From: Yuukianura sp. NJ FZ-2021
Lineage: Eukaryota
Direction of reading: 5' to 3'
Assembly (NCBI GenBank): GCA_046563655.1
Contig: CM102290.1
Span: 13,082,001 to 13,146,000 of the forward strand
DNA length: 64,000 nt
Below, in pieces: positions 15,297-28,800 of the stretch (positions are counted from its first letter, which is position 1; the number at the start of each line of letters is the position of its first letter). The notes under the pieces are model-generated. The model worked only from the letters and a program-made list of their open reading frames with translations, was not told where the DNA came from and did not search any database. Position numbers and translations under genes: made by a program.

Positions 15297-16062
15297 TGCC
15301 AAAATTTGCACAGTTAATGCGCGCATTATATGCCAGGAAATACGGTAACAATGCAACAGCTCAGACTTCATTGGTTGCATAGTTCTCAAAAACATAATCC
15401 ATAATTAATAAAAATAATTAAATAATTCAGTTATGTAATTCTGAATGATACTTTACTTCTCCAAGTGTCACGGCATTCAATAAGTCATTTACATCCGAGA
15501 GTTCACATAAAGCCTTTATGATCGGCAGCTAAAACTTACTGTTAAACTTAACCACATCGAAGGTCATAAGGTCATCAAGGAATTGCACTTGTCAAAGTCC
15601 TGAAGATGAATTCCTGTTACATTGGCATTGAATGAAACCAGACGAATGTAGGCGAATTACATGCTTTGGATCATCTAAGTTCGTGTCACCATCCTTGGGT
15701 TCCATTGCCTTATCATGAATTCGTATACTCGTATTTTAACTAAATAGGATTTATTATAATTATCAACTACTTATTTTTAATAGAGTTCATTCATCAACGC
15801 CAACTTTGTCATGTCAAGTCTCATCCTTAAATCTCATTCATGTCACATCAATTCGTCTTTCAACGCCTCTGACTCTGTTCCATTTTTTACACTATACAGT
15901 AGCGTCGTCTTCGACTTTTCATACCAAATTAACCTTGAATTCCATCGGAATGTTGGTTAATGGACAACTTAAAATTTAAAACTCTTCTCTAAATACTGTC
16001 GCTTGCAACAAGGGATATCATTAAGTAGGCTCAGTAAATTGTACACACTAAAAGATGTTTTA

Positions 16063-16431
16063 CAGTAAACCCTCTCTTATAGCAACCCGCCCCGGTACTA
16101 CAGTAAACACTCTCATTGCATTGCATTAGAGGTTGCGCACCGGGAGCACGCCAATTTGTCAGTTGAATTTTATCAAATGCCATTGTATCAACTGAATTGT
16201 GTCAATTCTGTGTGAGGTTTTTGTAGATTTGGTTATGTTGATACAACTAGCCGTTGACACAATTAAACGTTGATGCAATTGCAGTTGATACAATTCTGTT
16301 GACAAAAAATGAAATGGAACCATCATACCAACTTCGAAAGCCAAGCTTAATTTTAATTTAAAAGTTAAGCTGCCTCCAAAAATTCAAGTTTTACGGTGTC
16401 CTACCGAGTTGCTATAAGAGAGGTTCGTCTG
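16063..16431. mobile_element. Tc1/mariner(pogo)-type MITE, CAGT-end family
   Basis: TA|CAGTAAACCCTCTCTTATAGCAAC...GTTGCTATAAGAGAGGTTCGTCTG|TA. Confidence 0.7.
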
Positions 16432-16517
16432 TACATCATTTAAATATCAGTAAAATGCGTTTTGTTTTGAAAATATCTAGCAATTACATAGTTATGACAA
16501 GGTTTAAGGACGTTAGT

Positions 16518-18973
16518 TTAAAAATGGACAATTAGTTTGAGAACAGACATGGATGCTACGCAACTAACAAGTTTCACATGCGTTGAAAGGCAGAAGCGCT
16601 TATTTGAAGCTGAATTTTGAGAAGACGTCGTTCCCACTGACATTGGAACATCGTTGACCGGCTCAGTCGCAGGCGTAGCTGAATCCGGTCGTCGTGCGCT
16701 TGCGGTTGAAATGACTTGGACGTTGGATTCGGACTCATCAAGAGCCTGGACTTCAGGCAGGGCCTTGACGTCTGGCCTACTCTTGACTCTGCGTTGCCCA
16801 CTTCGATGTCTTTGAGGTTTCCGTCCATCGGACATACATTTTTCACCACGGAATGCCGTGACATGAATACTGGACGATCCAGTGGTGGAAATAGTCGTTT
16901 CCTCTACTGGCGCCAGTACCAGGGTGACATTCTCCAGAATTTTGTCCCCCGTGGGGGAGAAGTCCAAGTCGGTTTCATCCAGGGCCAAGGCAAACTTGTG
17001 TGGAACGTCACACATGGTTTGGTTGAGGTAGTACTGAACCATTTGACTATTCGTTTCGTTCCATAGTTTATTCATCCATAGGATTCGGCAGTCACATTTG
17101 AATCGGTTATCTGGATGAAATTGTAAACAAAAAGTGAAATTAATTCTTTTTCCGGGTTACGTTTGACTTTATTCCGAAAAATCCCGGAAGTGATAACATA
17201 AGATAATACTCCAGTTTTATCTCAACTTTTATTTGCTTTCTCCAAGTGATTCGCTTGGGATAAAAAAAAACAAAGCGGCTGGGGAAAGTTGTAATACTAA
17301 CTGCATTGCTCGAAAAAAAAATTACACCGCCAACAATAATTTCCCAAACAACTGAAACAATTATCAACCTTATGAAAGAATCAGTGAGTGACAAAGGAAA
17401 ATCTTTTTTTTTGTTTACTAATGAGAAGTTAGAGGTGAGAGGTTAATTCCGAAATTTCAGAGTTACCAATTGATTTGTTTTCGCTCAAGTTTTCTAGCTT
17501 TAAAGATAACTCCAGTTTTGGGCAGAAATTCTTAAAAATGAAACTTCCTCAGTAAGGACAAGCAAGTAAATTTTTCCAAAACATTGTTTTCTTAAAACTT
17601 CATAACACCGTATAACGTTCTAGCTATTACTTTTGGAAAAAAACACATGGTTAGTCTAAAAAATTCTCTAAAACGTAACTTTAGGTAGTAGTGAGAAATT
17701 GAAATTTTGCAAAATATTTCGTTCCTAAAACACCATCACATCTTTCAACTTTTTTGCGCTTAACTTTTGGAACAACGTCAATTTGTTTAAGTTAAAGAAT
17801 AAAAACGATTGAGCAGTCCCGGGGCGAAGCCCCAGCAAGCATCCATAGCATGCTGTTATAAAAACCCATTTTCGAAAAATCCCAAAAAAAAAACTGAAAT
17901 AGCTTTAAAAAATTACAGAAACAATTTGTAGTGCTCATTTACTGAAATTGAAATTGTTACAAACCTTTCATGATGAGTTGCATGCTTTCGTTGAGCAAGT
18001 TTGTGTAAATGTTGGAGATGAGGTCTTGGGAGAAAGTTTCTAGTTGATTTTCTCGTACATCCAGGAAGTAAATCATCTCAAGATGTGCAAATGTTCCGGG
18101 TAAAAACTCCACAATTTTGTTTCCGCGTAGGTTGAGTCTTCCGAGTTTCCTCAGTCCATGGAATGCAGTAGCACTAACCGAAATGATGTTATTTTCAGTG
18201 AGATCTAAATCTTCTAGATTCGGCATCTGAGTGAAAACGTTGTTTCCAAGAAACTGGATCGTGTTTTTCATTAAATCCAGTCGTTTCAAGTTCTGTAGAC
18301 CCATGAACACCTCTGGAGTGAGATACGTTAGGTTGTTCTTATGCAGTTCCAGTTCTTCCAGAGACTCCAAGGACTTAAACGCCTGGTCATGAATTACTTC
18401 AATAGCATTTGCACCTAGGATGAGATGACGAAGACTCGGAAGGTTCACAAAAGTATTTCGTTCTATAATTTTGATTTCATTGGTGTCTAAATTGATTTCT
18501 TTCAGTTGCCGCATGTTGGAGAAAGCTTGTACTCCCAACTCCCGAATTTTGTTATCTTTCAGCGTGACTTCAGCAATGGAAGAGGAGTTTTGAAAAGCAA
18601 ATGGTGGAATTAGGTCAATGGCGCCCATTTTGACATAAAATACTTCCAGTTTTGACATTTTTTGGAAAATGATTGGTGGTGGAAAATCTTTCATGAAGCG
18701 AGAGCGCATAATGAATTCCAGAAAACGCGTTTCAGAAAGTGTGGACAAGGCTGTCCACTCTGGGCGGTCATCACTGTTGACAGAGATTTCGTTGTTGACG
18801 TAACATTGAACTTCAGTTGTCTCTGGGGCATCATTTGACGAGCAGGAGCAGTACATAATCATTGTGCCATCGTCGTTACGCATGTCACAGGGGTCAATCA
18901 ACTCTTCAGCTCTAGTGCCTGTCATTCCCAGAACAGTGGAGAACACCAAAAATACTAACGCTGTGGGATTCAT
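16518..18973 (-). CDS. Connectin-like extracellular leucine-rich repeat protein, probably GPI-anchored
   Basis: Exon 18973-17965 has a signal peptide (MNPTALVFLVFS), a Cys-rich cap and about 10 LxxLxLxxNxI repeats. Exon 17110-16518 has the LRR-CT (DNRFKCDCRILWM..C), a Ser/Thr-rich stalk and a hydrophobic C-terminus. Connectin orthology is inferred from this architecture. Confidence 0.8.
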
Positions 18974-20318
18974 GGTCCAGATTTTTACTAATTTTCGATT
19001 TGGTGTGTTCAAATCTGTAAAAATTAAAAAAAAATTAGTCCATTTTAGACATTTTTAAAAATTTTGACATCAGGTTAAGTGAATTTAGTTTCCGAAACGA
19101 TGACCTCGTGACTTTCATTTTTGCATGACATAGTATCATTCAACATTCTCTTGGCTATGTCCAATTTTATTCAAGTGAAATTAAAAATGGAATGCAATGC
19201 TATTCCAAGTTCGAGAAAGAAGCGGAATGCTGTAAGAGTCTTCCTGTTGAAAGACGAATGGACAAGATTCTGGAAAATATCAAGTAACTTTGTACTTTTA
19301 GTGTGAGTTTTTTAGACGCCTGGGCAAACCCTAATGTAAAAATTTCACTTTCTGCTGTCGGCGCTCCAGGATATTTACACAGCAAGACAGTATGTTCCAA
19401 AATACGAAAAAAATAGAGTTATATCCAACGGATTTTTTTTGTACCTAAACTGTTCCTACTGCAACCACAAACGATTAATTCAACTCGGATTGTCTTGTTG
19501 GCCTAAACTGTTTAGTAGAAGTTGAATTTGTGTTGCTGGAAATGAAGCCAAGTGGAATGCTTTCATGAAATTGCAAGGACACGGACCAACTTCTGCTATC
19601 TTTTTTTTTCGCTGGAGTTCAATCCTCATAAATCAATTTTATAGTGAAAAGTGCAGAAAGTCATGATATCTTTGGCTTCACTTCTAAAATCATTGAGGAA
19701 AATCAAGTCGGCAGTAACATAATAATCGTCGTCAGTGATTTGGTGGCGTCAGGGCCGTCACTGAAACGGATTCCCAACACAGAATTCCAAACCAGTAAAA
19801 CTTTAAGCACAAAGCAGGTGAAGTCTGCCGACACTTTGATACTCTCGTACATCAATCACTTAACCCACAAGAGGTCAGCAAGTCATGTCCATCCAAATCG
19901 TAAAATAACTCGACTCAAGTTTCAAAATTCGAGTCTTTTGTAAATTTTAGTCAGATTAAGTTACAAACTAAACTAACAAAATTTAGTGGTCGGTAGTTGT
20001 GAATATTAACAAGAAATTTGCAAAAAAAAAGAAAAAAAAAAGTCAATAGAAATGACAGTATTTCGGAAAATGCTTGGGACACAAAACAAACAAAAAATTT
20101 TTGTTTCTTTTTTATTTTTGGATTCGGTTTAAGCTTAACCTAATTTAAGCCTAACCTAACATAACCTTTTTGTTTAGTTTTTCTTGTTTCTTTTTTTTTT
20201 TACAAAGCGACAGTAACACTTAAGAAAAATCAGTGCTGAGGATTCTAGCTAGAAACGTAGCCATAATGATAAATTTTGCACAGATTGTATTCATATGCCG
20301 AAATCGACAAGTACCTAC

Positions 20319-21026
20319 TTATTTGTAAACAATGTATTGGAAGCTACACGAATCTCCTTCTGTGGATGGTTCTTCGACCGTTTCAGAAGAAAACACATCG
20401 TGCATCACTTCCGCCAATGCGTCGTTGCTGAACTGGATAGTAACCCTGTCACTGGTCGTACGATCACGGTAATCCGGATTTTCCCGGAAATGTCTATCAA
20501 ATCGCCTCCTCTCCCTCCGCGTTGCTTCCACCAAACTGACGTTAACCCGAATTCTCTCGACGTGCACGAAACTCTCCCCTGATTCGCTCGTGATTTGTGC
20601 AAAGTAGAGTCGGATCTCCATTCGGACTTTGGCGGAGCTTCCCGGAAATTCCCTGCGCATCGCCTTGATCAGAGCCTCCAGTCTGTTGTGATAGAGACTG
20701 TTGAGTGACCGGGTCATCGGTACCATGTTCTCATCGTTCCCTCGACCACCATAAGCCTGTGACACAAGGTGACCACTGACGAATCCGCGACCACGAGCAA
20801 GCTCCCTGCTACCCACATTCAATGAGGGAAAAGTCTCTTGATTCATTTGCTGAACCAATCGACGGATGAAACTGTTAGCTTCTGGAGGTGTGCCGGAATT
20901 GCGTCGAATGTTCAACGGAAATTCAAATACGTTTCTTTCGTGAAGCTGCACAGTCTGTTCTGTACGTCCAACGAGCACATCGTCCTCATAATGCTCCTCC
21001 CAGAACGTAACCCGGATAGTACTCAT
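20319..21026 (-). CDS. Intronless beta-beta-alpha-metal (His-Me) DNA/RNA non-specific endonuclease-like protein, 235 aa
   Basis: Motif FVSGHLVSQAYGGRGNDENMVPMTRSLNSLYHNRLE fits the GH(L/V)...GG....N..P....N.......E pattern of Endonuclea_NS_2-type nucleases. The ORF is uninterrupted, visibly more GC-rich than its flanks, and has no signal peptide. Confidence 0.75.
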   Translation of the reverse strand: MSTIRVTFWEEHYEDDVLVGRTEQTVQLHERNVFEFPLNIRRNSGTPPEANSFIRRLVQQMNQETFPSLNVGSRELARGRGFVSGHLVSQAYGGRGNDENMVPMTRSLNSLYHNRLEALIKAMRREFPGSSAKVRMEIRLYFAQITSESGESFVHVERIRVNVSLVEATRRERRRFDRHFRENPDYRDRTTSDRVTIQFSNDALAEVMHDVFSSETVEEPSTEGDSCSFQYIVYK

Positions 21027-22694
21027 GATGAGATGAAAAAATGATTTTCAAATTTTTCAAAATTTCAAAAAAATTTTGAAACGAACTAAGAAAAATTAAG
21101 GTTTGACAATAACCAAGAAGCCTTTGAGAATTGAGACTGCTCTCTGCACAAGCTGCACAAATGAATGAGTGTGTTAAGCCGAAAGAATTTTGGCGAACGT
21201 CGTGGGTGACTCATGGGAGAAATCGTGGCAAAAACGACAAAAAGACTAGCAGGCCGCAGATTTGACTTTGGAATAGAAAGGATGATGCAACTGCAAAATT
21301 TTTGTATGTGCATCCAGTTGTTATAGTAGACAAACACACAAAAACTGAAAACCACAGCCGGTTGAGATTAATATGAAACGTCAAGAGCTCAGAGTCCAAA
21401 GCCGCTTTCAACATTGGCATTTCAGGCATTCACAGTGAAAGTGCACTGTTATTGTTATGTGTCCTGCTAACGAGGGAAAGTTTTTGACCTCTTACCGAGT
21501 GAGTTTGTAACTTTTTTTTGCTACAGTCGTGCTCCTCAGATTGGTTTAAAAAATACCTCTGGTTTTAGTGGTCAACGTCAAAAAAAAATTGGCTCCTTTT
21601 GAACCATCGTCGCACTGAAGATAAGATAAAACACATAGTACACTGTTTTTTCAACTTTCCAACACATTACAGTATTTGAGCAAAAAGTCAGCTTCATCTC
21701 TTTCCTCGCTTTCACTTTCTCATTAGAAAATTGGAGAATTGAATTGAATTTTCTTTTCTCCAGAGCGCGACGAGGGCTGATTTTTTTTTCAATTTTTTTT
21801 TGCATTGACAGCTAAAACCAGTGCTAATAATTTTCTTAGCATGACATTGTCAAAAAAAAAAATTACCAACATCGGTGCGACGGCAAAAAGTTTCCCTCGT
21901 GAGTTGCATGTTTAAAAAATAGAATGCTTTTTTACAACATTTCAAACAAGCAAGGTTAATCCAAAAGCATTTTTGAACAGTCGGCTCATACATGCCAAGT
22001 TCAAAATTTGTGTTTTGATCTGTAACATCCCCAGATTTGAAACCAAAATCAGATGAAAGTCTTTCCGCATCTTCATCATCCCAACGATGCTATGAGTTCT
22101 CTGACTATTTTTACTAAAATTTTTACTATAGTTTATTTTCCTTCCACTATTTTTTACAACTTACTATGTTGGGGACTACTCTGAAGGACTGTCTCAGATT
22201 CCCGTCGGTTTCCGTTAAATAGTTAATGTGATACGTACTTGGAAGAATATCCTTCTGCTCCCTAATAAATCCATTCCTGATTCATTTTCATTGTCATGCA
22301 AGGCTGAATTATTGATCTCCAAAGAGCATCATGCATAATCTTTCACATGCAATGTTATTTGAAGAGAGAGAAAAGAAACATGCACTAAAGTGCAGTGTCT
22401 GGAGCACCCCGGCGTGACTACCAAAAGGAAACGCCGTCATCCCGGACAGAGACATCAAGGGAGAGGGAAAGTTCAAACTTTCTTCATCACTTTCCAAAGT
22501 TCAGGGCTTTCTAACATATCTCAGCACAAGTTGAAAGAAAAAAGAGCCTAGGTTTACAAATATCGCCTCTACAATCACAATAGTGTAATGGACAACATGG
22601 CAGAGTGGGTCCGTTAGAGGCATTGTTTAATAGCACTAAACAGTCCCGTCCTATTTCATTTCTTGATGTCAAAACGCCTTTCTCCTAAAAAATA

Positions 22695-22887
22695 CCGTAA
22701 AACTTCTAATAAACGCCTGTTCTTTTGTAAAAAATCTCAACTTTCTCCTCCCTCCCGTTTTTTTCAAAAATGCATCTTTTACTACCGTCCCAGTGTTTGT
22801 TCAAAATCACAACATTTATGGCCGTCCCGACCGTTTAAAATTGATTTGGGACTTGTTAGAGACCGGCGCTTATTAGAAGTTTTACGG
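22695..22887. mobile_element. TA-flanked MITE, CCGTAAAA-end family
   Basis: TA|CCGTAAAACTTCTAATAAACGCC...GGCGCTTATTAGAAGTTTTACGG|TA; a solo right end occurs at about 60104-60129. Confidence 0.8.
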
Positions 22888-25800
22888 TACTTATATCTGC
22901 CTCGTCGACGTCGACCAAGAACCATGGCATTACTTCCAGCAATTTGATTTTTGTAACGAGAAATGACCTTATCCTTATTCTTCCCCCAAATAATTGCTCG
23001 AGAAAGACATTTCCGACATGCAGACACATGAAATGCTTCTTTTTTTTTTTCCAAATTCACCCCTCGATTAAATTTTTTTTTCGAGCAAACAATCCCCAAG
23101 AAAAGTTCATTTTAATTTATAGAGCAATTTACCTATTACGTCTAATTGGATTCTACCTTCCACCGATTTCACGGAAACTATTCACCAATCACAAGTCGAG
23201 CTTGTAATTAACTTTAAAAACTTTATCTTCTTCTTTTTTAGAAATAACGGCTATAGAGATTTGCGTAAGCCCAATGCGTTTTTTTGTCATGCTCACTTAA
23301 TAAAGTTGAAGTTCAGTTACACAATTAACTCAAGTAAAGCAATTGGATTTAACTGCCTTTTTGAATTGTTGAAAAACGATGAAAAGAACATTTTGCGTTA
23401 GCAGGATCAAAAGAAATATTTGTCACTTCGTCGTTAAGTGTCAATATGAATTTGACCCAGATATTTTACAATACGGCTTTATGTTATTCAGTTCCATGGT
23501 TTACTGGATGCCTTTGACACATGAACATCATAAAGTTATTGGCAGACATCTTCATATGTAACTACTTTCTGGAATTGACAATTCCCAGGACACGCATAAA
23601 CAGCAAATACAGTAGAAGCAGTAGAAGTGTGTTGCGGAATGAGAGGTTTTACTGTATAAAATGTGAAACACAAAAGGACAAAATATTTTTGTCCATAGAA
23701 TATCCATCTTGTTCTTGTCGTTACGTCTTGCCATTTTCACGTTTTGCAAACCATATTCAAATCTTTAGCACAAATGGGTATGACACCATGCTCATGTCAT
23801 GCGGACTTGTAAAACGTGCTCAAAACATACGTTTTAGCAATACCATTGTGTTTTGGACGTCGGACGGTGCTTAATATTCTTTTTAATTCGTGTTATGATT
23901 CAGAATAAATACATAGTTCATCATTCGGAACGATCCTCAACAAAATTTTCCACGGCGAAGCAAGTTTCGCAAATTATTTAACAACATTAAAAAATGTCGA
24001 GTCAATGAATAACCTGTTGTAGAAATCAACAATTTGGTTGTTTACCAACCTTGGTGACAGCATTTCAAGCTAAGAAAATTTTGTTCCAAACTAGTTAGTG
24101 TCCTCATTTCTCGGAAATTGTCATAAAATTTTGAATGTGTTTTCCTATATTAATGTTTTAGATAACTTAATGTTGGAGTACTTTGAGCCAATTGAAGCGG
24201 AAATTATTAATTCTTCTAAAACTATTCATGCCAGATCAGGTCAACTTCTCCTACCCTAACATTTACCCCTTCTTCTCTAATTCCATCTGAAACTGCCAAA
24301 TAAGAACAGTTTCTGAATTCGACAATGGAAGACAGATCGTCATAATGCATTAAGGGCTCAGAGGCCCTTCAAAAAATAAAAAAGGCCCTTTGTCAATTTA
24401 TTTTCGACTTCATTCTCTACGCATGTTTCCCACCAATTTTCATCTTTCTTCACCATCCGACAGCAAAAAATAGAAGCTTTTCCTGTTCACTTCGCAGCGA
24501 GTTGAAAAATGAGTGGAGTAAACACTTTTTTTTTCAAGTTACGTTTTCTCCATAAGAGAAACTTGAAAACAAGAGTTCTCAGAAAGTTTTTAAAGCTACT
24601 GGATCACTAAAATGCATGTGAACCTGTGTTGTTTTAAAGCCACCATTTGAGTCTTTTAGATCACGAGAATTTTCAAATAAACGTTATTTCTGAAATATTA
24701 TGAAATTTTGAAATATTTTGATCATTCTAAAAATTTAACTCGATTTTGTAGATCTTTACAGCTTTAAAACATTGATATTTTAAATAAAACGTACATACAG
24801 ATTTTGCAGAACTTTCTTTTTAACTCATTTCCACCTTGGTAGAAACTGAAATGAGAATTCCAAGGCAAAATTATCATCGCCTGCCCAGTCTGATTAAGAA
24901 AAGTTCTTGTTTTAACGTTAAAAAAAACTTCTTGTTTTAATGTTAAAAAACTTCTTGTTTTAAACTTGTTTCAAAGCTTCTTAGAGTGTGTGATAAGCCT
25001 AAATTGAAACATCTCACACACAACTGGACATGATAATTCAATTTAAGCCTCTCCTTGTCAGTTCTTTTTCTTACTGGAGGCTAAAAACTTCCTTGGGTGA
25101 AAAAAAAACAAAAACTAAGCTCTGGAAGGTGAGCCAAATAAATTTTAATGAGCCTACAATGTATAATAGGTACAAGCCACCACAAAAGTGTCAATTTTTA
25201 TGAACAATTTAATTATGTAACTTTTAATTTATGTTTTGTTGGTCGTTCGTGATTTTCACACGGTTTCTTCTAAATTTAAATTAGACTGTCAGTAGATTTC
25301 TCGGTTCACTTCGCATTTTAAGCTCATTTGTTTCTGGTCGTAAAATGCAAGTGCAAAGTGCATCCAATAATTAAACACAAAAACTTCTTTTTTTTTCATT
25401 AACTTAAAAGGTGTGGTGGAAGTACGTGATTTTAAACGAGTTGCTCAAAATTTGATTACGAATGGGTTTCAAAATCACGTCATCGCCATTATTTTATTCT
25501 TGTTCTTTTTGTTTTCTGAGCACAACGTGACTTTTAACGTCTTGGAGGTGTCAAAGTTTCAATTAGTCCTGGATTAACAGGAAACTACTAACGATAATGC
25601 TGATCGTCTAAACCAAGCTTGCCTTTAATCATCGTCTAACCAATTAGTTATGGACGGTTTTTCGTTTTCAATAGTTTTGAAGCCCTCAACCAGAAAGGAT
25701 TATTTAGTTACAGCGCCCCCAGCGCAATGTTGGTAAAAAATGAAGAATTTTTTTTAAGATGTGCTCTGTGAATTTCTAGAAAATTTTCTAGGTTTTAACT

Positions 25801-28800
25801 TTTAATTTTTTCGTTAGCTAAAAGTTACTTTCTGTGGTTTTCACTTTGACATTGGAATACCAAACGAGCAGTTTTGAGAACTGTTTGATCAACTTCTGGG
25901 AAAAAGTGGGAGCTTTGGTATTTTAATCCACGTTATCCGATTGACAGTACCTGTCAATCCAGTCCTTGGATTATCGCACATCGCTGCTACTTGCGTGTCA
26001 ACTTTTGTCCAGAAACTACTCCACTGCGGCACGGAGTTATACGAAGCAAAGGGGTTCCACGCCCTAAATAAGTCCCAGTAGCCCCTTTCTCTCCAATTAC
26101 CATTAATCAAATGCTCCACATAAGTATACTTACTATATTCCAGAAAATACGGTACTACAAAAGAGTTTTTGCTTATAAGAGGAGTGGCACAAAAGCTACA
26201 TTTCACCCCTTGAACACAACCATCTTCTGTCTGTAAAACAATTCATCTAGATGCACAAATTCAACCAGGGATGAGTCAGGTCAGACAAAAAAGAATGAAT
26301 TTATGACTAAAAATGTTTTTCGTAAAAAATCAGAACTTTGGGGTGGATTTTTTTTTGTGGAAAAATGAAGCAATAACAAAAACTCATCCAAATCCATAGC
26401 TTGTAAATAAAAAATATTAAGAAGGAAAGTTTAGTAAATTTCCGAAATCAAATCGCCCAAGGCCACTTCGTAAAAGCACTTTGTAAAATGAAACTAGTAA
26501 CCATTCGAGTAACTCTAAGTTTAGCTTACAAGGTTTTGCAGTTAGTAACCACTTTCAAAAACAAAAGTAACTTTAGTACTTCCTCAAGTCTGTAACCTCA
26601 TCTGTTAATTACTAATTGAGAGAAAATTCGTAGTTGTTCAAACAGTGTTTTACCTATTGATCAAACAAATTAAAACGGTTTAATGGCAAAGACTGACAAA
26701 ACTCTCTGTTTGCTAAGCTAATGGACGTCTTGTCAGGATTTTTACACGGCCTACTTCCACTACTTCGTACATTGCCAATTCAAAGAAACCACTAACTAAA
26801 AAATTTGCATCTGCCTTCTCCAAGTCTTCGTGTCGTTCCAATTGTCACTTTTCTGCCATGTCTTTTTTTTAAGATGAAGCCGATGATAAAGCTTAACAAT
26901 GGCTTCGGACACAAAAAAATCGTGCGGAGGCGATGGAATGTTTTTTTCTAGACGTTAAAAAAATTAACAGCAAAAACAAAACTTTGCATCTCAACAAAAA
27001 TGAAAAAGTGAATATCAAATTGCAAAAAACAAGAACAAACAAAACAAAAAAGTAGAAATATTTAAATAAAGTTGAAAAAAAAAGTTTAATTTTTACAAGA
27101 TTAAAAGAGTAAATATTTAAAACAACATTAGGCTTAAGTCGCGTTGCAAAGTGGCTATAAACCTTGTGTTGAAAATTTGCACAATTGAAGTTGATAGACA
27201 CAAATTATTGTATTAAAAGATTGAAGAACCAACTGTAAATCGTGCAACTTAACTACAATGTACCCCATTTGAATTTTTATGGAAAGCATTTTTTAAGTCC
27301 TTAATCGTGTTGTGGTAGATCCAGGACATGAGTTTCAACAAATCCTTTCGAAACTGGTCTTCTGCAAGTACTAAATATTCCTAAGCTATGCAACACGCAA
27401 GTGTAATTTCCTGTTCTAATCAAAACACACCGTGTGAACAGTAAACTACAATTATTTTTAACACAGTGCGTGCCTGTCACTCCTGCCTCTTCGTTGGAAC
27501 GTAGTGTCAAAGTGTCTCTGTTCGCACTATTTCGGCTTCTTTAAAAACAAAACAGAAGGTGACATTTGGTGACAAGGCAAAGCTTAGTCTGTTTTTTCAG
27601 CATAATCAAACTATTGCTAGATATTTAACACTAAAAAGCTGCACCCAAAAAAGCTAAAAAGCTATTTTCCCCTTAGCAAATCACAATAATTTTGAAAGAA
27701 ATGGAGCAATTACGGAATAATTCCAAATTTAAAATGGCGTTTCATGGAAAGCGTGCAGGAAATTGCCGGCAAGCAGACTTTGAACCTGCCACTCCACTTG
27801 TACCATAGAAGGAACGGCAGACATAAACATTTACATTATAGTACAGGGGTTGCCGCACTTTGCGGCTGGAATTTGAACTCAGGTGACATTCCATCTTGTA
27901 CACTTCTAAAAATAAGTGACATTTATTTTAAACAATCCCACTGGGCATTACACTTGACTCCTGTTTGGACTGACTACGCCAAACTGAGTGTCCTTCTACA
28001 GCCAGTACAGAAGAACTTCTCATATAGCAACTTTTTGTTTCATGGCGGGATACCGTAAACCCAAAGGTTTTGGCGGCAATTTAACTTCAAACAAATCGAT
28101 CATCATCAGTGTAGTCGGATGGATAAAATATTTGTTCCACATACATCAATTTAGGTGTAAGTATCCATTTTTATCCATTTTATCCAGTCATTTCTTCCGG
28201 ATAAAACCGGATGAAATATATTATCACTGGACGTAACCTCAAAAAGGTGGATATCCAGGAACAATGTTCATCATTGAGACTTTCGGTGCTTTGTTTGGAT
28301 CTAATAATAGAATTTACTGTACCGGGTCGAGTTGCTATAAGAGAAGTTTTTCTGTAAGTAGTAAAAGCAGAGCAATGTAGTCGAAATTTCGGAGTTTTGA
28401 CCACACTGAACTTCTTGAATGCTTGGAAACAAATGTTAAAATTCTCGTTTGTATTACGAGGAGGTAGTAATTCACTGGAGAGGTCCTTTACTGTAGGGCA
28501 CACCCAAATCCAAGCCCAAACTTGTCTGTGAAGAACCAATTCTTGGCAAATAGTCATCTTAAACTTGAGCATAGAAAGTCTATTTGCAGAATCCCACAGT
28601 ACTGGACATAGCTCACACCAACATCTCATTTGTCATCCCCATCCTTCTTAAGTGTATCTGTGACAACATGTCTCCATTAGGTCACACTTTTCTTGAGAAA
28701 TGGGTTTATTAACCTCTGAAAAACGGACAGTTTAGAACAAATTCGGACTCACATTTCCAAGAAACGTGAACTAAATTGACAAACTAGGGCTCGTAACCTC

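Noticed and set aside
20133..20166. Interstitial TTAGG telomeric repeat or telomerase template
   Set aside because: Only a few degenerate CCTAA units; more likely a microsatellite within a repeat element.
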